This document shows, one piece after another, positions 23,580 through 34,055 of a stretch of 35,180 nucleotides of DNA. The translations under genes were made by a program, and so were the position numbers. Below the pieces are notes generated by a model, which was not told where the DNA came from, ran no database searches, and saw only the letters and a program-made list of their open reading frames with translations. Source of the DNA: Octopus sinensis (lineage: Eukaryota); the NCBI RefSeq assembly GCF_006345805.1, contig NW_021831978.1, positions 1 to 35,180 on the forward strand, written 5' to 3'. Position 1 is the stretch's first letter, and the number at the start of each line of letters is the position of its first letter.

Positions 23580-23627
23580 AACTCTTGATATATTTCGGCT
23601 TTATGAAACCTCTTCAGGTCGAACAGT
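23580..23627 (-). ncRNA. Hammerhead-like core, copy 2
   Basis: Minus strand: gac CTGAAGA GGTTT cata AAGCC GAAA tataTC aagagtt. It has a canonical core, a 5-bp stem II and a palindromic ATATAT stem III, but stem I is not evident. Confidence 0.45.
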
Positions 23628-23730
23628 GAAGGCATATGGTTTACTGGTTACTGTATTGGTCTCACGATCGTAAGGTCATGAGTCCGATTCTTGGCGGCGC
23701 GATGCATCCTTGAGTGAGACACTTTATTCG
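23628..23730 (+). mobile_element. Highly degenerate SINE head (family C-like)
   Basis: GAAGGCATATGGTTTACTGGTTA...GAGTCCGATTC...CCTTGAGTGAGACACTTTATT. Confidence 0.5.
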
Positions 23731-23855
23731 ATGGCGTGTAGAGACACGGTATTTCGTTATATAACAAAAATATTCTACAATTTTAAACGTTTTTATAAGT
23801 CACTCCTCTGACCAATTGTGTTAGCAGTACTATTGGAGATTTCTCCTTTCCACCT

Positions 23856-24065
23856 GAGACCCCCTTCGGTCACGACACTGCCCATGAGATTGCATCTAGA
23901 AAGTTACCCTCTCAGGCACAAGTCCGGGCAAGTTTGTTTATTGAAGGCCAGCAGTCGCCCATGCATACCGGCTTCCCCTTTCCACGCCACTGATGTTATC
24001 CAAGGGATAGGCAAAGGCCGATACAGCTTGGCACCTGTGAGGTCGCAACTCATTTCTACAGATAA
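23856..24065 (-). mobile_element. Headless SINE family C body
   Basis: Reverse complement matches 4525-4725 (GGTGCCAAGCTGTATC...GGTATGCATGGGCGACTGCTGGCCTTC...GACCGAAGG). Confidence 0.85.
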
Positions 24066-24232
24066 ATAGAACCTCCGTCAGTAAGGTAGAAAAAGATTCC
24101 TCTTCATTTCTCATACAGCCACTCATATACACTGCGGAATTAGTCTCTCGCAAAGACCCCAGAATCTAAGTTTGAATCACTTGAGCGCTGCAAGGTGTTT
24201 TCTATACCGAGAATCTCTGGATCTTGTCTTTT

Positions 24233-24271
<39 letters not shown>

Positions 24272-24807
24272 CAAGAGAAAGACAATGTACACGATTTATA
24301 ATTTGTATATATTTTATATATAATTTGTATATTATATATAAGATAGAATATTTATGTCGTCTACCGGTTTCACGTTTTGCTAATCATTACTGGGAAGTTG
24401 GTGAAAATATTGCAATTTCGTAGTGAGTGATTAACACTATATGCAGTTTATATCACTTGTTCCTTACGTACATTTCAACATTGTGGCCATTTGCAAACTG
24501 ACTGAACCACAACATTTGATCTGTGTAACATAATGCTATAAAGTGTTCCAGTGACGATGTGTTGTGATTTAGCACCGAATTGCATTTGGCGCATCCAGTC
24601 AAGAAGATACAAATAACCATACTGGTGAAACGTACGCAGGGAATAAACTACATATTTTGTTTATCCTAATTTTGCTTACTTTTGTTCTGTATATCATAAC
24701 CAGTGGCACTACTAAGTATAGTAGTAACAAATACATTATACCGGAAGCAGATTAAATCGACACAGAATCAACAATAACAGTCGTGCATCTGTATAAACAA
24801 GATATGC

Positions 24808-25280
24808 AATACATACATACATACATATATACATACATATATACATACATATATACATACATATATACATACATATATACATACATATGTACACACACAT
24901 ATACATGGATTGATAATAGATTTATAATTAAAAAATTTTGTGAAACTGTGTATGAATGTATACATGTACTTATGTATATATGTATGTATGTAGGTATGTA
25001 TGTATGTATGCATATATGTATGTATTAATGTATGTATGTACGTATATAGTTAGGTAGGTTGGTTGGTAGATTGGCAGGTAGGTAGGTATAAATGCATGTA
25101 TGTATGTATGTATGTATGTATGTATGTACGCATCTATGCTTGTCTGTACGTTTCTATGTGTCTACCTATGCATGTATACATGTATGTATGTATGTATGCT
25201 TGTATGTATATATCTATGTAGGTATGTATGCATGTTTGCATGTATGTATGTTTTGTATGTATATGTGCACGCTCGTATGC
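24808..25280. repeat. (TACA)n/(TATG)n microsatellites in both orientations
   Basis: Direct reading. Confidence 0.9.
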
Positions 25281-25482
25281 ACTATGTGTGCATGCATGTA
25301 TGTATTGCCGACACCGAGATCGAAGCCTTTAAAATCTGCAGCGTTAATATTCCGATGTTGATCAGGCTTCTCGCAGCCAAATTAATTTACCTACAAATGG
25401 AAAATAAAATTTCTCATTCTGTCAATATAATAGAACAGAAACTGTCTTATCTATTTCTCCGTATTGTGTCTTTTGATTATAT

Positions 25483-26655
25483 TTCTTTCACTTGTTAGTC
25501 ATTAGACTGCGGCCATACTGGTGCACTGCGTTGAAGATTTTTAGTCAAACAAACCGAATTCTGTACATAGTTTTATTATCAAATCTCATACTTATTCTAT
25601 CCTTTCTTTGTCTAACTGCTAAACAAACCGACACCGGTTATCAAGCCGTGGTAGTCGGGTGACAAACAAAGACACACACTCACATACGTAGTCTGATCAA
25701 TAAGTATCCGGACTGTTGCCATGGTAACGAAGTTAAAGCATGCAGAGTATATTCCGCTTGGTACAGATTCACCTTGAACTCTGTTGTACACGCGCACTAA
25801 GTTTTGGCGTTCTAGCTCACTTCTGCTATTTACAGCAGTACTTGGAAGGAAGGTGTGTAGAGTGTGGTCGTCACATTGACCATAACAGAGAAAGTTGAGC
25901 AGAGAATCTGCATCAAATTTTGCCAAAAGCTTGGCGATACCTGCCCAGAGGCCTACGTAAAGTTGTCGAGAAGTTTTCATCGTTCTCGACACAATCAAGG
26001 AGATTTTGTGCAATTGAATCCCGAGTGTCTTTTCGGTCAACTGAAAGCAGTTTTGGCACAAACTTGGTAAACACGCATTTTATACCCAAAACTTCAGTGG
26101 TAATGAACACTGAACTGAACCGTAACTAATCTGCACGTCCTGACTAATCTGCACATGGTGATTCGGCGATTTCCTTTGTATGCTATGTTTTTCTCAGTTT
26201 TGTTGGTTGCGGGTCTCCCAGAACGTTTGTCAATATCGACATTTTTCGGCCAGCTTGGAAACGTCTGAACTACTCGTACACTTGTGTGCGGCTTATAGAC
26301 TCCTCTCCATACACTTTCTGCAATTTTGCGATGCAACGATCACACACTACACACCTTCCTTCCAAGCACTGCTGTAAACAGCGAAAGTGAGCTAGAACAT
26401 TAAAACTTAGTGCGCATGCACAGCAGAGTTCACGGTCAACCTGTGCTAACCGGCTTCACTCTGTGTGCTTTAGTCATGGTACTTATTGATCAGACCCCGT
26501 ACGATGGGTTTCTAGTTTCCGTCTAACAAATACATTCACAAACCTTTGGTCGGCAAGACACTACAGTAGACAGCAATTATCCAAATTTCCAAGCAGAGGG
26601 TTCGAACCCGAAAACACTTGGTTTCAAAGGTAGCTTCTGAATCACACATCCATGC
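25483..26655 (-). mobile_element. Old family A-like SINE split into 25483-25686 and 26500-26655 by a mariner insertion
   Basis: The tail-side portion (TTAGTCATTAGACTGCGGCCATACTGG) lies left of the mariner. The head-side portion (TACGATGGG..TTTCCGTCTAACAAAT..GGTTCGAACCC) lies right of it. Confidence 0.7.
25687..26499. mobile_element. Non-autonomous mariner derivative (813 bp) with TIRs, TA target duplication and rearranged transposase remnants
   Basis: TA|CGTAGTCTGATCAATAAGTA...TACTTATTGATCAGACCCCG|TA. The plus strand gives EQRICIKFCQKLGDTCPEAYVKL. The minus strand gives KLQKVYGEESISRTQVYE*FRRF / DKRSGRP / KFVPKLL..QNLLDCVENDENF. Confidence 0.9.
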
Positions 26656-26672
26656 ATTGTTTGGGCTTTGTG

Positions 26673-27066
26673 ACGCGAGCATGGGTGCGTGGTAAGAAGT
26701 TTGCTTCCCAACATTATGGTTCGAGGTTCAATCACACAGCGTGGCACCTTGGCTGAGTGTCTTTCTTCTACTACAGCCTCAAAACAATGTGAGTGGATTT
26801 GGTAGGCGGAAACTAAAAGAAGCCCGAAGTAAATATTTACGTATATACCTATGTATGTGTCTTTGTATTTTGTTTGCTTACCATACTACTGATTGACAAA
26901 ATATGTACCATCGTTACTTAGTAGTTCGGTAGAAGAGACCGATAGAATAAGTGACAGGCTTTTAAGAAATGTACTGGGGTCAGTTCGCTCGACTAGACAT
27001 TCTTCAAGGCTGTGCTCCAGCATGGCCGTAGTCTAATGACTGAAAACAAGTGAAAGATAAAGAATG
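26673..27066 (+). mobile_element. Diverged family A-like SINE
   Basis: GTGGTAAGAAGTTTGCTTCCCAAC..GGTTCGAGGTTCAATC..GTGGCACCTTGG...GCTCCAGCATGGCCGTAGTCTAATGACTGAAA. Confidence 0.8.
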
Positions 27067-27294
27067 AAACTACCAATACCGAACATTCCAAGTCTACACA
27101 CTTGCCAGAAGAGCCGCGTGGCGAGATCGATCTCAGAGCCACGTAGTCGTGTGACAAAGTTCATAAGCGTATGACCAAGCCCACTTCAAGGTTTGTGTAT
27201 ATTAACTACCTCCTGCTTTGGCTTCTCGTGACAATGATGAGAAATTGACAAACATGGTTGCTGTTGTTGTTATTGTTGCTGTTGTTGTTTGTTT

Positions 27295-27680
27295 GTTGAG
27301 CGAAGCGGTCTTCGTCCCAGAGCTCGCAAGATCGCGCCTCAGGATTGTCTGTAGTGGGAGAAGTCTGAAACGTGGTCCTTTGCTATTCGTAAGACCCGCA
27401 GAAGAGAAAGCAGGTCATCTCCCGACACCGAGAGCATCGACGGATGGATGAATGTGCATCCAGGCTCAGCGGTTGCGTAGGAAGTCGGGGACAAGAAACA
27501 GGAAGAAAGAGTGAGAGAAAGTTGGGGCGAAAGAGTAATGCAGAGGTCGCCACCACCCCCTGCTTGAGCCACGTGGAACTATAGGTGTTTTCGCTCAATA
27601 AACGCCCGGTTTAGGAATCGAAACCGCAATCCTCCGACCGCGAGTCCGCTGCCCTAACCATTGGGCGATTGCGCCTCCAC
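27295..27680 (-). mobile_element. tRNA-derived SINE family D with a (CAA)n-type tail
   Basis: Reverse complement head reads GTGGAGGCGCAATCGCCCAATGGTTAGGGCAGCGGACTCGCGGTCGGAGGATTGCGGTTTCGATTCC. The body differs from families A-C and ends in CAACAAACAAACAAC. Confidence 0.75.
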
Positions 27681-28399
27681 TTGCTGTTGTTGTTGCTGTT
27701 GTGACGGCTGTGACGGTGGTGGTGGCGGTGGTGGTGATGGTGTTTATTGCTAAGTCCAGTCAACCCTGATTGCGCAGCCTTATGACCTGACTCGTTCCAG
27801 CCTCAACCATCCCATATTTTGGTGGTTATTTAGAACAACTCATCCCTATGAGTCCCCTTCATTTTCGACGTAACTTTCCTATACGACATTGTTTTTTTAA
27901 AACAACAATGCTGTGTCATTCCAAAGATATTTGACTGTTATTTCCTGCAAACCGAACAACCAGATAGGACTTGCCGTGTAGAAGCTCGTACGTATTTCCT
28001 GTGATTTCCGAGTCGATGTTTTTGATCAAAGAATAACACAAACAGGGAACCGGCCAGGAGGTTTACAGCACGCAGTCTTGCGGCACTAAATGCCAATAAT
28101 AATATTTCTGTTAGCGTATTCTAAGATCTTTCCATTGATATGGCATTTAAAGAACGCCTCACCAGCACAAAACTTCAGGTAGTAAAATTTAGCAATAATA
28201 ATTAGTGACATAAACACACAAACAAACGCCGATATATGCATAAGCATACGACGCGCAGTCGCACATATGCACAGCTTTTCCTCCATTTTTATCAAATCTC
28301 GCATCTAAGATAAATCTTCTTTTTATCTCCTTCCTTTTATCTGTAAACATTCTTTACTCTTCGAGCTTTTGCTTGCTTTTCTTACTGCCACTCTCTACA

Positions 28400-29100
28400 T
28401 CTTCGTACTTGCGTATATCTACATGTGTATGTATATATGCACGTGTGTGTCTGTGTGTGTGTGTGTGTGTGTGAAAATATATACATATATACATAAACAT
28501 CTAAGGTGGTATGTATATGGATTAACACATAGATGCACATGCGCGTGTGTTTGCATGTCTAAGTGAATTCATCTACCTATCTGTCTACACACACGCGCAC
28601 ACACATATATATATACACGCATACACACTCACATGAAAACATCTATTCATTTAATCTTATATATGTGTATACATACAGATCTATATATACATGCACACAC
28701 ACACACACATATATATACATACATACATATATACATACATATATACATATACATATGCATACATATACATATACATAGATATATATACATATAAATATAG
28801 ATATATACATATACATACATGCGTATATATACATACATATACATACATATATATATATACATACATACATGCATACATATACATACATACATACATACAC
28901 ACACACACATATATATATACATATATACATACATATATACATATATGCATATACATATACATACATATACATAGATATATATATACATATAAATATACAT
29001 ATATACATATATACATATACATACATACGTATATATACATCCATATACACAGACATACATATATATATATATACATACATACATACATACATATACACAT

Positions 29101-29133
<33 letters not shown>

Positions 29134-29155
29134 CACATACTGTGTGTGTGTGTAT
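28400..29155. repeat. Compound (TA)/(CA)/(TACA) microsatellite region
   Basis: Direct reading. Confidence 0.9.
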
Positions 29156-29444
29156 GTCTTTGTGTATGCCCCATGTGACTGCTGCTCCTCTCCCCATTCA
29201 CATTTATTCTAACCTCATAACCGCCCTCCCGCACACACCTCCCCTTATTTCCGTCTCTTCTCATTACAGCAGAGGTGCATGTTCTCCGTATAAGCATGTT
29301 TGTATCATGCATGTGCATGCGTATATATGCATGCGTATATGATGCATGCGTTAGGGCGTATGCCGTTCGTACACAAAGGCACACGCACACGTGTTAGCGC
29401 TTTTCTATGTAATTATGTGCAAACCTATGAAATTATGCGCAAAC

Positions 29445-29597
29445 CTGTATGTGTATATGTGTGTGTGTGTATGTGAATATGTGTGTGTGTGTATATATGT
29501 GTATATATATGTGTGTGTGTGTGTATGTGTGTGTGTGTGTGAATATGTGTGTGTGTGTGTGTGTGTGTGTGAATATGTGTGTGTGTGTATATATGTG

Positions 29598-29642
<45 letters not shown>

Positions 29643-29846
29643 ATGTGTGTGTGTGTATATATGTGTATATATATGTGTGTGTGTGTGTGTGTGTGAATAT
29701 GTGTGTGAGTGTGTATATATGTGTATATATATGTGTGTGTGTGTGTATATATGTGTATATATATGTGTGTGTGTGTGTGGTGTGTGTGTGTGTGTGTGAA
29801 TATGTGTGTGTGTGTGTATATATGTGTATATATATATGTGTATATA

Positions 29847-29882
<36 letters not shown>
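29445..29882. repeat. Higher-order (TG)n/(TA)n array punctuated by GAATAT
   Basis: The unit GAATAT(GT)nATATATGTGTATATATAT(GT)n recurs about six times. Confidence 0.85.
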
Positions 29883-30069
29883 AAGCAAAGAGAGAAAGGT
29901 TAGGGTATGAAATCGTTAGGGGTTGGGGTTAAGAAGCAGTTGGTGGGTGGGTGGGTGGGTGGGTGGTTGTGTAGGTGGGGGGACCTGTTTAATTAAAGCT
30001 TTATTTGCGGAAATTTCGGTTTTTAAAAATCTCGACAATCAATTAACATCGCAATAATAGGGAGACTTG

Positions 30070-30419
30070 TAGCAGCAACAACAACAACAACAACAACAAC
30101 AACAAAATGAACAACAAGAACAACAACAACAACAACAACATCAACAGCAACTTCGGTAACAGAAGCAGTAGTAGCAGCAGCAGGCGCAGCAGCAGGCGCA
30201 GCAGCAGTAGTAGTAAGGACGGTGGGGGCGCGCAGTGGTAACGACAACAGCAAATACAATAAGAGCGTTGAACAATAAAGGCGACAAATGGAACGATGTA
30301 GGATGATGGTTACAACTAAAAGAACAATAACAGCCAAGGTTGGGAATGTTGCAACAACAAAGACTAAGATTAAAATCATCACCATCCTCCTCCTCCTCCT
30401 CATCATCATCATCATGTTC

Positions 30420-30453
<34 letters not shown>

Positions 30454-30600
30454 TCATCGGAAGCGACAAGACCAGTAGCAGCAGCAGCAGCAACAGTAGT
30501 AGTAGTAGCAGGAAAATAGAAAGAACGGCGGCGACAGCGATGGTGGCGTTTACAATGAATGCCAACGACAGCAAGGAAACAACTATTATAAGTTTCAAGA
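30070..30600. repeat. Mosaic trinucleotide region (CAA/CAG/CTC/CAT/CAC/TAG)
   Basis: Direct reading. The overlapping ORFs on both strands are low-complexity. Confidence 0.85.
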
Positions 30601-30879
30601 AAAAACTATGTAACAGGTAAAAGGTAGTAGAGAGAGAGAAAGAAAGAAAGAGAGTAGGAGAGGGAAGGAGAGGGAGAGTGTGAGAAAAGAGAAATAGAGA
30701 AGGAAACTGGGAAAACTGAAAGGGTAGGAGACCCAGGAAGAATGAGCGGGAGATGAAATAGGCGGTGTCTATGCATGTGTGTGTATGTGTATGTCTGTGT
30801 GAGTATATATACTGCTGAACTGCGTCGAATAAAGGGGAGAGGAGTGCTCAATGCTTGCTGTTGAGAATGAGGTTCATTA

Positions 30880-30922
30880 TCTGGTGACTTAAGTTTCATG
30901 CCACTGCGATCTTCAGGCGAGA
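30880..30922 (-). ncRNA. Degenerate minimal hammerhead-like motif
   Basis: Minus strand: tctcgc CTGAAGA tcgcagtggcat GAAA CTTAAGTC accaga. It has a perfect ACTTAAGT palindrome and a GUC triplet. Stem I is 4/6 paired and stem II is only partly paired. Confidence 0.45.
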
Positions 30923-31303
30923 ACTGTTACAATTCGTTTTGTGTACAACAATAAATTTGGATTCAAGGACAACGACTGTTCAATATCTTGCCAAAACATC
31001 TGAGAGATCTACACTGAGCTTGGGCGGGGTGGGGGTAGATGTTTTCATGAAACAACTCGATTTTCTGCATTGCAATGTACCAGAGGAACCTTACATTACG
31101 GCAAGAAACTGAAAAGAGAGCAGCTGTATCGAACTCCTTCATCAAAAATCAAATCACAAAAGAATGACCATTTAAAACGTGATAACACCAGCGGTGCCTC
31201 AGTATGGCCACAGACTTTCGACTGAAACGCATAAAAGAATAAAAAGAATATGTGTGTGTGTGGTGTGTGTGGTGTGTGTGTGTGTGTATATATATAACCA
31301 CTA

Positions 31304-31548
31304 CGCGCGTAGCCTAGTGCTTAAACTATTGCACTTACGTTCGCTCGAAGTGGGTTCGATATGTTCTTGAGAAAAACACTTCATTTCACGTTGCAAATGT
31401 CCCTTTTCGATCAGGTGGGGGGGATTTTGGCCTGCTCGCCTAGCCAGTGGAGTGGCATCATTCGATGGCTAAAACGATGCAAAGCGCATGGTGACTAGCG
31501 ATGTGTTACAACATCTGATAATCTGGTCTGTCACATGGTCAGGTGATA
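31304..31548 (+). mobile_element. Degenerate tRNA-derived SINE
   Basis: CGCGCGTAGCCTAGTGCTTAA (A-box-like), GGTTCGAT, and TGTTCTTGAGAAAAACACTTCATTTCACGTTGC shared with family C heads. Confidence 0.5.
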
Positions 31549-31550
31549 TA

Positions 31551-31950
31551 TGTGGCTGTGTGGTAAGTAGGTTGCTTACAAACCACAAGGTTCCGGGTTC
31601 AGTCCCACTGCGTGACACTTTGGGCAAGTGTTTTCTACTATAGCGTCGGGCAGACCAAAGCCTTGTGAGTGGATTTGGTACACGAAAACTGAAAGAAGCC
31701 CGTTGGATATGTATATATATATACATGTATTGCGTGAGTATATGTTTGTGTGTCTGTGTTTGTCTCCCCAACATCGCTTGACAACAGATACTAGTGTGTT
31801 TACGTCCTCGTAACTTAGCGGTTCGGCAAAAGACACCGATAGAATAAGTACTAGGCTTACAAAGAATAAGTTCTGGAGTCGATTTGCTTGACTCAAGGCG
31901 GTGCTCCAGCATGGCTACAGTCAAATGACTGAAACAAGTAAAAGTAAAAG
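31551..31950 (+). mobile_element. SINE family A
   Basis: GTGGCTGTGTGGTAAG...GGTTCCGGGTTCAGTCCCACTGCG...GACTGAAACAAGTAAAAGTAAAAG. Confidence 0.92.
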
Positions 31951-32370
31951 ATATATATATATATATATAATAATAATAACAATAATAATAATAATAATAA
32001 TAATGATAATAATAATAATAATAATAGGGAGTATATCCAAACTTACAGGGAAAAATTAGATTTAGGATAAATCAAATTTCACAGTATAAATATAAATTAA
32101 ATTAGAGATAAAACCACTATTAGGCAAATCAAACAGTGATAGACATAAAAAACAAAATAAATATAATTAATATAATATATAATATATATATAAAATATTG
32201 AATTTAAAATTTAAATTATTAAAATTTAAAATTTTAAAATTTATATTTTTAATTTTTTATACTTTTATATTTTTAAATTTTTAAATTTTTAAACTTAAAA
32301 TCTTTTTTTTATGTAACTAACCAAAAAGTATAAAAAAGTTAAATATAATATAATAAGTAATATATATATA
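31951..32370. repeat. (TA)n, (AAT)n and extremely AT-rich low-complexity tract
   Basis: Direct reading. Confidence 0.75.
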
Positions 32371-33231
32371 TCCGATGGTGTGGGAGCGATTTTTTGCTTG
32401 CCTTTTTTCATTAGCTGCTCTTCAGCAGCTGATACTTGGCTGTTATTTTTCTATTGCATCATTAGTTACTTTTGTGACACACTGTATATTTCCCTTCTAT
32501 TTGTTCAGGAGGGAACAAGTTTTTAATCCCTTTTTTTAAAGGCATTATTTGTATTGTGCTGCATATTTTAATCTAATTAAAACGGTCCTACGCTTCGTTT
32601 TTGGTCAAATTTAGTTTGGGTACGCATTGTATTAAGGTTTGCAAATATTGTTGCCATGCTACGATGTTTTTCGTTGGTGAGATTTTTCTTTCGATCAAAG
32701 TTAGGGAAATTTTAATGATTTGTTTGTGTGTGTCTATGCAGTGGCGGTTGTGGTGGTGGTGGGTTGAAAAATGTAACAGTAAAACTAATTAAAGACGTAT
32801 TCATTTATGCGGGATTTTAATAGTGGCTGATAGTGTAACAGGTATTTCAAGCATGAGTACCTATTCCTAATGTGTTTCAATTTTTGGTTTGGTTTGGTTT
32901 GGTCAAGAATGAAGGAATTTTATGGGTAAGGATTAAGGTATAGAATGAATTAAACGTCCTTTTAGTTTATATCATTATGTTTTTTTGTGAATTTTCAATC
33001 TTTAGAGTTGTTTGCTTGGTTCAGGCGTTTCATTTTGCCTTGTGTACTAAAACATATGGTTCAGTATGTTTGTGCACCTGTGCATTTCAGCAAGAGCCTG
33101 ATTTTAATTGCTGTTGGTGTATGTATGAGTTTGGTGTTCGCTGTGTTTAACCTGGGTCAACTAACCGCAATTCGATTCTCGGTGGCATATTTTGTTCACG
33201 TAATATGTCTCTAGAGCAATACTAGTTGTTG

Positions 33232-33254
33232 AGATATATATGTATGTATGCATG

Positions 33255-33291
<37 letters not shown>

Positions 33292-33487
33292 TATATATAT
33301 ATATATTATACATATATATGTTTACATAACACATAATATATATATGTGGGTGTGTCTCTAAGTAAACATATATTTAAATATATATATGTATGTATATATA
33401 TAAATATATAGGACATATATTATATATTAATATATATATATTATATATATATATATCTTATATATATATGTGATATGTATATATATG

Positions 33488-33540
<53 letters not shown>

Positions 33541-33613
33541 AGATATGTTTATAATCTATCTATATCTATCTATCTATCTATCTATCCTGTCTATCTATCT
33601 ATCTATCTATCTA

Positions 33614-33648
<35 letters not shown>

Positions 33649-33690
33649 GTATGTATGTATGTATGTATGTATGTATTTATATGTACATAT
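33232..33690. repeat. (TA)n, (TATC)n and (TATG)n microsatellites
   Basis: Direct reading. Confidence 0.9.
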
Positions 33691-33777
33691 TTTATTGTAT
33701 CTGGGGAGAGTCATTCTCTTTTAGTGCTTTATTACTTAACACACGCACCGGTTCGATTTCCGCTCATGTATTTATTT

Positions 33778-33818
33778 TCCTAAAATTTTCGTTGCGTTTT
33801 GCAACCTCTTCGATAGTC
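33778..33818 (-). ncRNA. Hammerhead-like motif with a mutated core
   Basis: Minus strand: gacTA TCGAAGA g GTTGC aaaac GCAAC GAAA attt TAG. It has a perfect 5-bp stem II, a palindromic AATT stem III and a 3-bp stem I. The core reads UCGAAGA instead of CUGAAGA. Confidence 0.45.
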
Positions 33819-34055
33819 GTTGATTCTGTCCATTATCAGAGCTGCGTCTTATTGTTTGTTCGTTTGTTTATGCGCACATGCGTGCGTCAGTGTGCATGTC
33901 TATACACATATACATGCATGTATGTATTTATGCATGTAATGTATGCGTATATGCATGTATGCGTGTGTATACGTTTTTATGTATGTATTCTGCATATTCA
34001 TGTGTTTGTGTGTTTATGCTTGTGTGTATGTGTGTTTGTTTTCTTCCCCTTGGCA

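Noticed and set aside
24355-24400. Minus-strand GAAACCGGTA with an upstream TAATGA, a possible eighth hammerhead
   Set aside because: The CUGANGA core and stems I and II are too eroded to support.
30023-30620. Overlapping 191-aa and 110-aa ORFs with hydrophobic runs resembling signal or TM segments
   Set aside because: They are a mosaic of trinucleotide repeats, which are open on both strands by construction.
32410-32435. CTGAAGAGCAGCTAATGAAA on the minus strand
   Set aside because: There is no stem II between the core halves. The local hairpin AGCTGCT/AGCAGCT overlaps the core instead.
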